DNA from: Thermoplasmata archaeon
GTDB lineage: Archaea; Thermoplasmatota; Thermoplasmata; Lutacidiplasmatales; UBA184
Direction: 5' to 3'
Length of the DNA: 64,000 nucleotides
Assembly: GCA_021816955.1 (NCBI GenBank)
Contig: JAKAWP010000003.1
Coordinates: 5,344-69,343, forward strand
Each line of letters begins with the position of its first letter. Position 1 is the first letter of the stretch. The translations under genes were made by a program, and so were the position numbers. Under the pieces are notes generated by a model. It saw only the letters and a program-made list of their open reading frames with translations. It was not told the DNA's origin and did no database searches. Shown here one piece after another: positions 1-10,132 of the stretch.

Positions 1-606
1 GGGAAACCGGTCGAGCCCGCCCGCGAGCGTCACGACGAGCGCCCGACGGCTGCGCTCGACGGTGTCGGCGAGCTGTCGGGCGAGGTGGTCGAAGAGCGCC
101 CGACGCTCATCGTCCGGAACCTCGTCGGCCTCGAACAGAGCGGGCAGGTCGTGGGCGACGAGCAGGTCGGGCGACGTTCGGGCGATCTCCGCGGGCCAGC
201 TCTCCGCGAGCGCCACCAGCTGGTGGACCGTGAAGGCCCGGGCGAGCCGGACGCGACGCAGCGTCTCGGTCGCGTCGACGCCGAGCGCCCGGCCGGTGGC
301 GCCGATCGCGTACGGGTTGAACCGGTTCGCCCCTTCCAACAGCGAGACGGTCCCGCCGGCGGCGGCGCAGCCGGCGTAGACGAGTTCGAGCAGCGGGTCG
401 ATCGCTCCGGCGGGACCGGACCAGACGGTCATCTCGCCTGGGGAGAACCGGCGCGCCATCCAGCCGAAGACGCCCGGCCCGGCGGGGAGCGGCGGCGGTA
501 CCGGGGCGCGGTCCGGCAGCGGCCGTGGCCGCGGGGATCGAAGGCGGCCAGCGGGAGGCGGGGCGGCCGGCGGGCCGCTGCGGGGAATCGGAACGGAGAG
601 CGCCAT
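1..606 (-). CDS. RecA/RadB-like fold protein, partial (3' end lies beyond window start), tentative
   Basis: Absent from the ORF track because no stop lies inside the window. My translation of the minus strand from ATG 606 (alternative in-frame ATGs at 459 and 432) gives ...GVFGWMARRFSPGEMTVWSGPAGAIDPLLELVYAGCAAAGGTVSLLEGANRFNPYAIG...PDLLVAHDLPALF.... By eye this is colinear with archaeal RadB blocks (VYGPxxSGKT, VxYxDTEGxF, LVVVDS), but the Walker-A GKT is replaced by AID. Confidence 0.35.
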   Translation of the reverse strand, partial: MALSVPIPRSGPPAAPPPAGRLRSPRPRPLPDRAPVPPPLPAGPGVFGWMARRFSPGEMTVWSGPAGAIDPLLELVYAGCAAAGGTVSLLEGANRFNPYAIGATGRALGVDATETLRRVRLARAFTVHQLVALAESWPAEIARTSPDLLVAHDLPALFEADEVPDDERRALFDHLARQLADTVERSRRALVVTLAGGLDRFP

Positions 607-729
607 CGGCTCGCGTTCTCGACGGACGGTCCCTTCAAAACAGGCGGGGCCGGAGGAGCTGAAACACCTCTGAGAAGCGACCGTTCCACGGGTAGGAGCG
701 GCCGCGCGATCGGGTCGGCCGCGACCGCG

Positions 730-1512
730 TCAGTCGAGCGTCGGCGCGCGCGCCGTCGGCACGCCGAGCTGGCGGGCGAACGACCGGCCGTTCCGCACCG
801 CATCGCCCCGGAAATGGTTGTTGAAAAAGACGTAGACGCCTCGCGGCGCCTCGGTGGCGAGCGTGCGGACCCGCTCGACCCAGGGGGCGAGCTCTTGGTC
901 GGTGTAGGTGTAGTCGTACCAGAGCGGACGGCCGTGGCCGTGGAACCGCACGTAGGCGAACGGGGCGGTGACGGCGAGCCGGGCCGGTAGCTTTGGCTCG
1001 TCGACCACGACGAACGCCAATCCGTGCTCGCGCAGGAGCGCGAACGACGCTTCCGAGAGCCACGACGGCTCGCGGAACTCCACCGCGACCGGAAGGTCGC
1101 GCGGCAGGCTCGCGTAGAACGCGCGGGCCGTTTCGGCGTCGAACGCGAGCGATGGCGGGAGCTGCAAGAGCGCGGCGACGAACCGGTCGGCTTCGCGCAA
1201 CGGGGCGAGCACATCGAGGAACCGGCGCAGCTCCGCGTCCGCGTCGCGCAGCTTGAGGTCGTGCGTGATCGTCCGGGGGAACTTCGCGGCGAACCGAAAA
1301 CCGGGCGGCGTCCGACGCACCCACGATCGCGCCACCGAGACCGGCGGGAGCCGGTAGAACGTCGAGTTGACCTCGACGGCCGAGAACAGCCGGGAAGCGT
1401 AGTAGGCGAGCCGGTCGTCGACGCCGCGCGACGGGTAGACCGGGCCGACCCACTCCGGATAATCCCAGCCACTCGTTCCGATGACGACCGACGGGGAAGC
1501 GGTCCCGGTCAC
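730..1512 (-). CDS. DUF72 (YecE-like) family protein
   Basis: Last 261 codons of track ORF 730..1887. Contains GTSGWDYPEW, STFYRLP, FAAKFP, EFREPSW, YVRFHG and VFFNNH, which I recall as DUF72 hallmarks. Start set at GTG 1512 because it overlaps the upstream stop as GTGA (1509-1512). Confidence 0.85.
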   Translation of the reverse strand: MTGTASPSVVIGTSGWDYPEWVGPVYPSRGVDDRLAYYASRLFSAVEVNSTFYRLPPVSVARSWVRRTPPGFRFAAKFPRTITHDLKLRDADAELRRFLDVLAPLREADRFVAALLQLPPSLAFDAETARAFYASLPRDLPVAVEFREPSWLSEASFALLREHGLAFVVVDEPKLPARLAVTAPFAYVRFHGHGRPLWYDYTYTDQELAPWVERVRTLATEAPRGVYVFFNNHFRGDAVRNGRSFARQLGVPTARAPTLD

Positions 1513-2450
1513 GGGGAAGCGGAGGCGGGGCTCGAGCGCCCCTGCACCTCCCGGTACGCCTTCCAGAGACTCCCGCCGCCGATGATCCCGACCACCAGCA
1601 CGACCAGCACCGTGGCGTAGCCGATCGAATTGAGGTTCGGGATCGACGTCCCGGTCGAGATCGCGAGCGCGCTCAGGCTCGGGGCGGCGGCGACGATCGC
1701 TCCGACGATCACGAAGCCGAGGCCGCCCAGGTAGAGGGTCCGGGCCGCCGTCGACCGACCGATCCGCTGGACCTGCTGCGGGGTGAGCTGCTTGCGCCGG
1801 GCCAGCCGGGCGAACAGCGCGCCCGTGAGGACCTGCATCGCCATCGTGCCGAGCCCGAAGAACGCCCCCACGAGCGCCGCCCACCAAACGTTCGGCATCT
1901 GCGGGGCTAGGATGAACACGAGGATGGCGGCAAAACCGCCGAATCCCCAGCCGGCGATGAAGCCGTGAACGATCGCCATTCGTATCGGGACGGGACGGAG
2001 TTCGCCCTCATAGAGCGGGGTCCACTCCGCTTGGGTCGAGTGGTGCGAATGGCCGCCGAAGAAGCGGCCGAACAATCGCTCGAGCGCGTGGTCGAGCGGC
2101 AGGTGGAGATCGCTCCCGCGGATCAGGTACCACCCGGCGAGCAACATCGCGAGGCCGACCGCGACGTAGACCGGGCCGTCGAGGTTGTAGACCGTGTAGA
2201 CGGCCGCCAAGCCGAGGAAGCCGAGTGCGGCGAGGATCGCGCGCTGGAGCGTGAAGCCCCCCGAGAAGACGAAGCCGGCCTTCATGCCGCCGCGGCTACT
2301 ATAGCTCCCGATCGAGTAGCTGAACGTGATCGGCCAGGTGTGCTCGTCCGGCGTGGCCCCGTGCAAAAGCCCGAGCACGAAGCCGACGAACAGGATCGTC
2401 GGGATGCTGAGACCGCTGGGCGGATTGAGGAGAAAATCGAGGCTGCCCAT
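1509..2450 (-). CDS. polytopic membrane protein, putative divalent-metal transporter (NicO/RcnA-like, tentative)
   Basis: Multiple hydrophobic segments. LLHGATPDEH and IVHGFIAGWG motifs sit in the two halves, with a His-rich loop GGHSHHS. Lies 3 nt downstream of a DtxR-family regulator on the same strand. Confidence 0.65.
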   Translation of the reverse strand: MGSLDFLLNPPSGLSIPTILFVGFVLGLLHGATPDEHTWPITFSYSIGSYSSRGGMKAGFVFSGGFTLQRAILAALGFLGLAAVYTVYNLDGPVYVAVGLAMLLAGWYLIRGSDLHLPLDHALERLFGRFFGGHSHHSTQAEWTPLYEGELRPVPIRMAIVHGFIAGWGFGGFAAILVFILAPQMPNVWWAALVGAFFGLGTMAMQVLTGALFARLARRKQLTPQQVQRIGRSTAARTLYLGGLGFVIVGAIVAAAPSLSALAISTGTSIPNLNSIGYATVLVVLVVGIIGGGSLWKAYREVQGRSSPASASP

Positions 2451-2453
2451 GCG

Positions 2454-2888
2454 TCACCTGCGGGCGGGCCGCTCCGCGCGGCACGGGGGGATCGGGTCGC
2501 CGTGCGGGCAGGTGCGCGGGTGCCGCTCCGCACGGCAGAGCTGCTCCACGGTCCGATGGGCGAGCACGAGGTCGATCTCCCGCGCGGCCCGGCAGACTTC
2601 CCCCGGCGGGAGACCGACCTGGGCGAACAGCGCCTCGGCCACGCGGTGGTGCCGTTGATACTCGAGATACGTCGCCGTTCCCGCGGCGGTCAGCTGCGAC
2701 TTGCCCCGGTACCGCTCGACCAGGCCGAGCCGTTCGAGCGAAGTGAGATGGAACAGGACCGACGGCGGGCGAATGCCGAGTCCGGCCGCGAGCTCCTTGA
2801 GCGCCATCCCTTTCGGCGAAGCCGGACGACGCGCGAGCAAGCGAAGGATGTCGACCTGCCGGGCGGTGAGCCGTTGGAGGAGCTCCAC
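2454..2888 (-). CDS. DtxR/MntR-family metal-dependent transcriptional regulator
   Basis: 144 aa. N-terminal winged HTH (LTARQVDILRLL...LKELAAGLGIRPPSVLFHLTSLERLGLVERY) followed by YLEYQRHHRVAEALF, typical of the DtxR N-terminal and dimerisation region. Confidence 0.8.
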   Translation of the reverse strand: MELLQRLTARQVDILRLLARRPASPKGMALKELAAGLGIRPPSVLFHLTSLERLGLVERYRGKSQLTAAGTATYLEYQRHHRVAEALFAQVGLPPGEVCRAAREIDLVLAHRTVEQLCRAERHPRTCPHGDPIPPCRAERPARR

Positions 2889-2910
2889 GGTCCTGGCAGG
2901 CGGCGCAACC

Positions 2911-2954
2911 GTATAAGAGTGACTAAAATTATTAGCCTTAACCTAATTATAAAG
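2911..2954. promoter_or_regulatory. AT-rich divergent promoter island with a DtxR-box-like element
   Basis: The only strongly AT-rich stretch in the first 5 kb. Minus-strand CTTATAC (2911-2917) is centred about 26 nt upstream of the regulator ATG at 2888. TTAGCCTTAACCTAA (2932-2946) resembles part of the DtxR/IdeR iron box TTAGGTTAGCCTAACCTAA. Confidence 0.35.
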
Positions 2955-3032
2955 GGGGCTCGGGCGGTGGACTCCCGGACGGGGGGCGAGCCGGGCGCGC
3001 ACGCCTTATTCCTTCGACGGTAAGAAGAAGAG

Positions 3033-3785
3033 ATGGCCGACCTCCGGGGCGATGTCATCCTCGTGACGGGAGGCTCGCGCGGAATCGGACGAGCGATCGC
3101 CCTCGACCTCGCCCGGGCCGGGGCCGAGGTGGTGATCCAATACCGGATTCGACGGGCGGAGGCCCTCGCCGTCGTCCAGGCGATCGAGGCGGCGGGAGGG
3201 AGGGCGATCGCCGTCGAGGCCGACGTCTCGGATCGGGCGGCGGTCGAGGCGATGGCGGAGCGCGCCGGCCGGTGGCGGGGACGGCTGGATGGGGTGGTGA
3301 CCGCCGCCGGCGTCTACCGGGGGGACGCCACGCGGTCCGTATCGCCGGACGCGTGGACGGAGCCGCTGCGCGTCGACCTCGACGGAACGTTCTGGACCGT
3401 CCGCTCGACCCTCCCTTGGCTCGCGGGGAGCGCGCACCCCGCGATCGTGACGGTCTCGAGCGTGCTCGGAGCTCATGCGGCCGCTGGGGGGGCGGCTTAC
3501 CAAGCGGCGAAGGCTGGCGTCGAGCAGATCACGCGGGCGCTCGCCCTCGAGCTCGCCCCGCGGGTGCGAGTGAACGCGGTCGCGCCCGGGTTCGTCCGCA
3601 CCGACATGAACCGCGCGGGCCACGAGGATCCGGAGTTCCACCGAACCGTCCGGAGCGCGACTCCGCTCGGCCGGTGGGGAGAGCCCGACGATATCGCGCC
3701 CGCCGTCCGCTTCTTATTGAGCCGGGACGCGGACTGGATCACGGGGATCGTGCTCGGGATCGACGGAGGGATCGCCCTCCGATGA
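3033..3785 (+). CDS. short-chain dehydrogenase/reductase (FabG-like)
   Basis: TGGSRGIG glycine-rich NAD(P) motif, internal YxxxK (YQAAKAG) and PGFVRTDM; 250 aa. Confidence 0.85.
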   Translation: MADLRGDVILVTGGSRGIGRAIALDLARAGAEVVIQYRIRRAEALAVVQAIEAAGGRAIAVEADVSDRAAVEAMAERAGRWRGRLDGVVTAAGVYRGDATRSVSPDAWTEPLRVDLDGTFWTVRSTLPWLAGSAHPAIVTVSSVLGAHAAAGGAAYQAAKAGVEQITRALALELAPRVRVNAVAPGFVRTDMNRAGHEDPEFHRTVRSATPLGRWGEPDDIAPAVRFLLSRDADWITGIVLGIDGGIALR

Positions 3786-4576
3786 GCGACGCCCGAGGTC
3801 GGTTTTCCGGTCGCGTCGCGCTCGTGAGCGGAGGCGGGCGAGGGATCGGACGCGCCTGCGCGCTCGCCTTCGCCCGGGAAGGCGCGGACGTCGCCGTGAG
3901 CTACGTGCGACACGCCGACGAAGCGGCGGACGTCGTCCGCGAGGTCGAGCGGCTCGGCGGCCGCGCCGTCGCGATCGAGAGCGACGCCGCGGAGGCGGAG
4001 AGCGCGCGCGCCCTCGTCGGTCGAACGCTCGATGCGCTGGGCCGGCTCGACGTGGTCGTCGCCAACGCGGGAGTCGGGAGCGGCGCGTCGTGGACCGAAC
4101 TCTCCCGACCGGAGTGGGACCGGATCCAGCACACGAACGCCTGGGGCCCGGTCGCTCTTGCTCAGGCCGCCCGCGAGGCGTTGTCGGCGAACGCGGGAGC
4201 CTACATTGTCGTCGCGTCGATCGCCGGGCTCGCCGCGTTCCCCGAGAAGCTCGCCTACGCCGCCTCGAAGGCGGCGGCGCTGTCCGTCACGCGCAGCCTC
4301 GCCTACGCCCTCGCCCCGCGTGTCCGGGTGAACGCCGTGGCACCGGGGTGGGTCGTCACGGACATGACCGAGGGGTTGCACCGGGACGTCCGGATCCGGG
4401 CCCAGATCGAGGCCGCGATCCCCCGGGGCCGTTGGGGTCACCCCAACGACGTCGCGAACGCGGTGCTGTTCCTCGCGAGCGACGACGCGCGGTTCATCAC
4501 GGGCGAGACGCTCGTCGTCGACGGGGGCGAATCGATCTACTGGCAGATCGGCGGACGAGGCGAAGCGGACGCGTGA
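3782..4576 (+). CDS. short-chain dehydrogenase/reductase (second, paralogous)
   Basis: In-frame ATG 3782 within track ORF 3272..4576 overlaps the previous stop as ATGA. SGGGRGIG, YAASKAA and PGWVVTDM motifs. Confidence 0.85.
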   Translation: MSDARGRFSGRVALVSGGGRGIGRACALAFAREGADVAVSYVRHADEAADVVREVERLGGRAVAIESDAAEAESARALVGRTLDALGRLDVVVANAGVGSGASWTELSRPEWDRIQHTNAWGPVALAQAAREALSANAGAYIVVASIAGLAAFPEKLAYAASKAAALSVTRSLAYALAPRVRVNAVAPGWVVTDMTEGLHRDVRIRAQIEAAIPRGRWGHPNDVANAVLFLASDDARFITGETLVVDGGESIYWQIGGRGEADA

Positions 4577-4609
4577 GGCGAGGCGGCGCAAGATCGATCC
4601 GCGTCGGCG

Positions 4610-5311
4610 TCACGCCGGCTTTTCGAGGACCCGCCGGCGCACCCCGAACCGGCGCTCGCTCGAACGCTCGAGCCAGGGTCGCCGCCGGACGAGGCGCGCC
4701 CACCGCTCCTCGGTGAGCCGGTACCGGCGGCGCCGGGCGGTCGGGATTCCCCACGCCGGATAGGTCACGACCGCGCGTCCCCCGGGAGCGAGGATTCGAT
4801 AGCCTTCGTCCAACACCGCGCCGGGGTCGACGACGCAGCAGAGCACGAGCGATAGGAGGACACGGTCCACGCCTGCGTCAGGAATCTCGGGAACCGAGTT
4901 CGCGGAGCGGCCGAGCGGGACCAGCCGACCGTCGGAGCCGAACCGCTCGGTAAGGAGGGTGAGGTGGTCCGGGTCCGGCTCGACGGCGTATAGGCGTCCG
5001 GTCGGCCCGATGCGTTCGAGCAACCGCTCGACGTGATAGCCGATTCCCGCCCCGAGGTCGGCGACGTGGGCGCCGCGCAGCGGCTCGAGCGGATCCAGCT
5101 CGACGCGCGCGGGGAAGAGCCAGCGACGGAGCGGATGTCCGAGCGCCCCCGCCCGGCACCGTCGGTCTTCGATCGGCCCGGGCACCGCTCGATCCACGCG
5201 AACGAAAGGACAGCTCCTGAGATACGCTTGCGCCGCGTCGGAGCGGCGGGGCAGCGGCTCCCCGTGTCCACGACCCCCCGGCCTCGAGGGCCTGCGATCG
5301 CCGCACGCCAA
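4610..5311 (-). CDS. class I SAM-dependent methyltransferase
   Basis: Motif I VADLGAGIGY, followed by LYAVEPD and ILAPGGRAVV. The N-terminal extent is uncertain. Confidence 0.7.
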   Translation of the reverse strand: MACGDRRPSRPGGRGHGEPLPRRSDAAQAYLRSCPFVRVDRAVPGPIEDRRCRAGALGHPLRRWLFPARVELDPLEPLRGAHVADLGAGIGYHVERLLERIGPTGRLYAVEPDPDHLTLLTERFGSDGRLVPLGRSANSVPEIPDAGVDRVLLSLVLCCVVDPGAVLDEGYRILAPGGRAVVTYPAWGIPTARRRRYRLTEERWARLVRRRPWLERSSERRFGVRRRVLEKPA

Positions 5312-5353
5312 ATCCTAAATACCGTCCGTCAGTGGATTGGCCGGTGAGCCGGG

Positions 5354-5632
5354 ATGGTCCAGGTTGACATCGATCTCGCCAAATGCACGGGATGCGCCCA
5401 CTGCCGCGACGTTTGCCCGGTCAACGTGTTTGAGCTCAAGCCGCGCGACCAGTTCCCGGACGTCGTCGACGACGCCGCCGTCGGCGCCAAATTCCAGTTC
5501 CGTGGCGAGAAGTCTGTCGCCGTGAACGGCCCGGAATGCATCGTCTGCGAGGCGTGCCTGTTCGAGTGCGAAGGCGAGTGCATCCTGATCACCGACGACG
5601 AAGGCCACGTGCACCACTCGACCTACAAGTAG
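5354..5632 (+). CDS. 2x[4Fe-4S] ferredoxin
   Basis: CTGCAHCRDVCP and CIVCEACLFEC cluster motifs; 92 aa. GGTGA sits 7 nt upstream of the ATG. Confidence 0.85.
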   Translation: MVQVDIDLAKCTGCAHCRDVCPVNVFELKPRDQFPDVVDDAAVGAKFQFRGEKSVAVNGPECIVCEACLFECEGECILITDDEGHVHHSTYK

Positions 5633-5846
5633 CGAGCCCCGAGCGAGCGACTCCTCGGCCGCCCGTTCAGAAGGGCGCGTCGGTTCGCCGGTTCTCCGCG
5701 CCACGGCCGGAAGGAGCAGGGGCGTTGAGCGGGCGACGCGGGCCGATTTTCGGACAGCTCTTCGGCGAACGGGGCTAACCAGCTCCCCTTCGGCCTGCTT
5801 CCGAGGCGGTCTCGGGCGAGCCGATGCGCTTCCGCCGGAGCAGGCG

Positions 5847-5853
5847 TTAAATA
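5847..5853 (+). promoter_or_regulatory. TATA-like box upstream of atpF
   Basis: TTAAATA in otherwise GC-rich DNA, about 55 nt upstream of ATG 5906. This argues against the GTG 5858 start used by the ORF track. Confidence 0.3.
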
Positions 5854-5905
5854 GCCGGTGACCCCGCCGGGAGCGGCCGTGCCCGAGAGCCCTTCCGACC
5901 CTGGA

Positions 5906-6226
5906 ATGACCGTCGTTCTCGGCGAGCGGGAGCTCGCGATCGGGTTCCGGCTGATTGGGTTACCGCACGTGGTCGAAGTGACGCCCGAGACCGCGGCGGC
6001 GGAGTTCCAGCGGGCGATGACATCGGGCGACTATTCGCTCGTGATCGCGAGCCAGTCGATCCGCCCTCGCCTGTCGGAGGCGCAGCGGGCCGTCGCCGAC
6101 AACTCGCTCCGCCCGCTCGTCGTCTTCGTCCCGACGCCGCACGGCGGCGACGACGCCGAGAGTCTGGAGGCGCTCGCGAAGCGGGTGCTCGGCGTCTCCC
6201 TGACGGGGTCGTCCGCGGCGAAGTAA
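5906..6226 (+). CDS. atpF: A-type ATP synthase subunit F
   Basis: MTVVLGERELAIGFRLIGL... is typical of the subunit F N-terminus. About 106 aa, directly upstream of atpA. Track ORF starts at GTG 5858; I prefer ATG 5906. Confidence 0.8.
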   Translation: MTVVLGERELAIGFRLIGLPHVVEVTPETAAAEFQRAMTSGDYSLVIASQSIRPRLSEAQRAVADNSLRPLVVFVPTPHGGDDAESLEALAKRVLGVSLTGSSAAK

Positions 6227-6248
6227 TTAGACGGAAGGAGGCGACAAC

Positions 6249-8003
6249 ATGGGCAGCGTAGCGCGGGTGTCGGGGCCGGTCGTGATCGCCGAGGGGCTCG
6301 CGGAGGCGAAGATGTACGACGTCGTGCGTGTCGGCGCGCTCGGGCTCGTGGGGGAGATCATCCGGCTCGTCGGCGACACCGCGACGGTCCAAGTCTACGA
6401 AGATACGACCGGGGTCCGCCCGGGCGACCCGGTCGAGAACACCGGGCAAGCGCTCAGCGTCGAGCTCGGCCCCGGTCTTCTCACCTCGATCTACGACGGG
6501 GTCCAGCGCCCGCTCGACGTGCTGAAGCAGAACCTCGGCGACTTCATCACGCGCGGGTTCGTGGCACCGCCGCTCAACGAGACGAAGCGGTGGGCGTTCA
6601 CGGCGACGGCCTCCGTGCCGAGCGAGGTCGAGCCGGGGACGATCTTGGGGACGGTCCAGGAGACCCCGCTCATCCTGCACAAGATTCTCGTTCCGCCGGG
6701 CGTCGCGGGCACGCTGGAGTCGCTCCAGAGCGGGACGTACACGATCCGCGAGCCGATCGGTTCCGTACGGACGGGGGGCGAGAGCCGCCCGCTCTACCTC
6801 GCCCACCGCTGGGTGGTCCGGGTGCCGCGGCCGGTGCGCGAGAAGCTCGCCCCGGGGATTCCGCTCGTGACGGGGCAGCGCGTCATCGACACGTTCTTTC
6901 CGGTCGCCAAGGGCGGGGCGGCGTGCATCCCGGGACCGTTCGGAAGCGGCAAGACCGTGACGCAGCAGCAGCTGGCGAAGTGGGCCGATTCCGACGTGGT
7001 CGTCTACGTGGGCTGCGGGGAGCGCGGCAACGAGATGACCGAAGTGCTCGCGACGTTCCCGAACCTCCCCGACCCGAAGAGCGGACGACCGCTCATGGAG
7101 CGGACGATCCTCATTGCCAACACCTCGAACATGCCGGTCGCCGCCCGCGAGGCGAGCGTGTACACCGGCATCACGATCGCGGAATACTACCGGGATATGG
7201 GCTACAACGTCGCGCTGATGGCGGACTCGACCAGCCGTTGGGCCGAAGCGATGCGCGAGATCTCCGGGCGCCTCGAAGAGATGCCCGGGGAGGAAGGCTA
7301 CCCCGCGTACCTCGGCCGCCGGGTCGCCGAGTTCTACGAGCGGGCCGGCCGGGTGATCACGCTCTCCCCGGAGGGCCGGCCGGGGTCGGTGACGGTCGTC
7401 GGAGCCGTGTCGCCGCCCGGGGGCGACTTTTCCGAGCCCGTGAGCCAGAACACGCTCCGCGTGACCCGCGTCTTCTGGGCGCTCGACGCGGCGCTCGCCT
7501 CGCGCCGGCACTTCCCGTCGATCAACTGGCTCCAGAGCTACTCGCTGTACGTGGGCGATCTCGAGCCGTGGTACCGCGCCGAGCTCGCGAACGACTTCGT
7601 CACGCTCCGCCAGAAGGCGCTCGAGACGCTCCAGAAGGAGGCCGAACTCCAAGAGATCGTCCAGCTCGTCGGGGTCGACGCGCTCCCCGAACGCGAAAAG
7701 GCGGTGCTGGACGTCGCCCGGATGCTCCGGGAGGATTACCTGCAGCAGAGCGCCTACGACGACGTCGACACCTACACCTCGATCCAAAAGCAGTACCGCA
7801 TGCTCCGCACGATCCTGGCCTTCGGGGAGCGGGAGCTCGAGGCGATCGGACGGGGCGCGACGGTCGCCGAGGTCCAGAAGCTCCCCGTCCGCCAGCGCCT
7901 CGCCCGGATGAAGTGGATCCCCGAGGCGGAACTCGGTCCGCAATTCGATGCGCTCGAGGCCGAGATGACCCAATCGCTCGCCGCGCTGTCGGGAGGCGCG
8001 TAG
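6249..8003 (+). CDS. atpA: A-type ATP synthase catalytic subunit A
   Basis: 584 aa, Walker [20 protein letters not shown], and alignable throughout by eye. No intein-sized insertion. Confidence 0.97.
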   Translation: MGSVARVSGPVVIAEGLAEAKMYDVVRVGALGLVGEIIRLVGDTATVQVYEDTTGVRPGDPVENTGQALSVELGPGLLTSIYDGVQRPLDVLKQNLGDFITRGFVAPPLNETKRWAFTATASVPSEVEPGTILGTVQETPLILHKILVPPGVAGTLESLQSGTYTIREPIGSVRTGGESRPLYLAHRWVVRVPRPVREKLAPGIPLVTGQRVIDTFFPVAKGGAACIPGPFGSGKTVTQQQLAKWADSDVVVYVGCGERGNEMTEVLATFPNLPDPKSGRPLMERTILIANTSNMPVAAREASVYTGITIAEYYRDMGYNVALMADSTSRWAEAMREISGRLEEMPGEEGYPAYLGRRVAEFYERAGRVITLSPEGRPGSVTVVGAVSPPGGDFSEPVSQNTLRVTRVFWALDAALASRRHFPSINWLQSYSLYVGDLEPWYRAELANDFVTLRQKALETLQKEAELQEIVQLVGVDALPEREKAVLDVARMLREDYLQQSAYDDVDTYTSIQKQYRMLRTILAFGERELEAIGRGATVAEVQKLPVRQRLARMKWIPEAELGPQFDALEAEMTQSLAALSGGA

Positions 8004-9428
8004 ATGGCGGTCAAGGGCGAGACGCCGGGCCCGGCCGCCCCCGCCGTCCCCGTCGATTACCGGACGATCGACCGGGTCACGGGGCCGCTGCTCTTCGTAC
8101 GTGACGTGGCGAACGCCGCGTACGGCGAGATCGTGGAGATCCGACTCCCGAACGGCGAGCGCCGCCAGGGCCAGGTGCTCGATTCCCGCAAGGGGCTCGC
8201 GATCGTCCAGGTCTTCGGGCCGACGATGGGGATGAACCTCGAGCGGACGAGCGTGAAGTTCTTGGGCGAGGTCGCGCAACTCGCGGTCTCGGATGCGATG
8301 CTCGGACGTGTCTTCAACGGCCTCGGCGAGCCGCGCGACGGCGGCCCGCGGATCGTGAGCGAGACGCGGCTCGAGATCGTTGGCAACGCGATGAACCCGT
8401 ACTCGCGGGAGGAGCCGAGCGAGTTCATCCAGACGGGGATCTCGACGATCGACGTCAACAACACCCTCGTCCGGGGCCAGAAGCTCCCGATCTTCAGCGG
8501 CGCCGGGCTCCCCCACAACCAGATCGCGGCCCAGCTCGTCCGGCAGGCGAAGCTGCGCGACAGTTCGGAGGGGTTCGCCGTCGTCTTCGCCGCGATGGGG
8601 ATCACGAGCGAAGAGGCGAACTACTTCCTCAAGGAGTTCGAATCGACGGGCGCCCTCGAGCGCGCCGTCGTCTTCCTGAACCTCTCGAGCGACCCGTCGA
8701 TGGAGCGCGTCGTCACGCCCCGGATGGCGCTCACCGCCGCCGAGTTCCTCGCCTACGAGCGGGACATGCACATCCTAGTCGTCCTCACCGACATGACGAA
8801 CTACTGCGAGGCGCTCCGCGAGGTCGCCTCGGCCCGGGAGGAGGTCCCGGGCCGCCGGGGCTACCCCGGCTACCTGTACACCGACCTCGCGACGATCTAC
8901 GAACGGGCCGGCAAGATCCACGGACGGAAGGGATCGATCACCCAGCTCCCGATCCTGACGATGCCCGCGGACGACGTGACGCACCCGATCCCCGACCTCA
9001 CAGGGTACATCACCGAGGGCCAGATCTACGTCAGCCGGGAGCTCCAGCGCCGGGGCGTCTACCCGCCGATCGACGTCCTGCCGTCGCTCAGCCGGCTGAT
9101 GAACCAAGGGATCGGGCCGAAGCGCACCCGGGAGGATCACCGGGGCGTCGCCGACCAGCTGTTCGCCGCGTACGCGACGGGCAAAGACCAGCGCGCGCTG
9201 AGCGCGATCGTCGGGGAAGAGGCGCTCAGCGCCGTCGACCGGATCTACCTCAAGGTCGCCGACCGGTTCGAGACCGAGTTCGTGAACCAGCGGCCGGACG
9301 AGGACCGGACGATCGACCAGAGCCTCGACCTCGGCTGGTCGATCCTGTCGGAGCTCCCCGAGACCGAGCTCAAGCGGATCAAGCCGGAGTTCATCGCGAA
9401 GTACCGCCGCCCGTCGGCGCCGTCGTGA
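8004..9428 (+). CDS. atpB: A-type ATP synthase subunit B
   Basis: 474 aa. Starts immediately after the atpA stop. Typical B-subunit blocks ([28 protein letters not shown]). Confidence 0.97.
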   Translation: MAVKGETPGPAAPAVPVDYRTIDRVTGPLLFVRDVANAAYGEIVEIRLPNGERRQGQVLDSRKGLAIVQVFGPTMGMNLERTSVKFLGEVAQLAVSDAMLGRVFNGLGEPRDGGPRIVSETRLEIVGNAMNPYSREEPSEFIQTGISTIDVNNTLVRGQKLPIFSGAGLPHNQIAAQLVRQAKLRDSSEGFAVVFAAMGITSEEANYFLKEFESTGALERAVVFLNLSSDPSMERVVTPRMALTAAEFLAYERDMHILVVLTDMTNYCEALREVASAREEVPGRRGYPGYLYTDLATIYERAGKIHGRKGSITQLPILTMPADDVTHPIPDLTGYITEGQIYVSRELQRRGVYPPIDVLPSLSRLMNQGIGPKRTREDHRGVADQLFAAYATGKDQRALSAIVGEEALSAVDRIYLKVADRFETEFVNQRPDEDRTIDQSLDLGWSILSELPETELKRIKPEFIAKYRRPSAPS

Positions 9429-9450
9429 CGTCGCCGGGGAGGGCGAAGCG

Positions 9451-10098
9451 ATGGTGAGCGAGAGCGTCCGCCCGACCCGCCTCGAACTATTGCGGACCCG
9501 ACGGCGGATCGTGCTCGCTCGTCGGGGGCTCAACCTGCTCAAGCTCAAGCGCTCGGCGCTGATCGTCGAGTTCTTCAGCCTCTCGCGCGAAGCGATGGCG
9601 CTCCGCGGGGACTTGGGACGCCGCGTCGCCCGCGGCTACGAGGCGATCCGGCTCGCGGAGATGATGGAAGGCTCCGTGCGCCTGGAGAACATCGCGATGC
9701 TGTTGCCGACCGTCCGGCCCGTGCGCGTGACGACGAAGAACGTCATGGGCGTGAAGACGCCGAGGGTCGACACGGGCGGCTATGCGCCTCTTCCGGACGA
9801 TCTCCTGCTCGACCTCCCGACGTCGATCCACGCGTCGATCCGGGAGTTCCAGGCGATCTACCGGGTCGTCTTGGACATCGCCGAGAAGGAGAACGCCCTG
9901 CGACGGCTCTTGAAGGAGATCGAGAAGACGAAGCGCCGCGCGAGTGCGATCGAGAACGTCCTGATCCCGCGGCTCGAGGCGACGGTGCGCTACATCAAGT
10001 TCCGGTTCGATGAGCTCGAGCGCGACGCGTTCAGCATGCTGAAGACGGTGAAGCGGAAGATAGGCGAAGCGGAGGCGGCCGGTGCCGCGGCCGGCTAG
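9451..10098 (+). CDS. atpD: A-type ATP synthase subunit D
   Basis: 215 aa, RPTRLELLRTRRRIVLARRGLNLLKLKR N-terminus and coiled-coil character, positioned after atpB. Confidence 0.9.
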   Translation: MVSESVRPTRLELLRTRRRIVLARRGLNLLKLKRSALIVEFFSLSREAMALRGDLGRRVARGYEAIRLAEMMEGSVRLENIAMLLPTVRPVRVTTKNVMGVKTPRVDTGGYAPLPDDLLLDLPTSIHASIREFQAIYRVVLDIAEKENALRRLLKEIEKTKRRASAIENVLIPRLEATVRYIKFRFDELERDAFSMLKTVKRKIGEAEAAGAAAG

Positions 10099-10132
10099 CG
10101 GGGCCGCGGCGGTCCGGCGGTTCCGCTGGACG

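Noticed and set aside
62-1472. ORFs 62-379(+), 85-990(+), 429-1472(-) and 635-1453(-) at the window start
   Set aside because: They are Arg-rich low-complexity. The region is better explained by the DUF72 gene and a minus-strand ORF that runs off the window.
5847-8771. 974-aa ORF on the minus strand opposite atpF/atpA/atpB
   Set aside because: It is Arg/Asp/Glu/Pro-rich low-complexity and antisense to unmistakable ATPase genes. This is a typical stop-free antisense frame in high-GC DNA.
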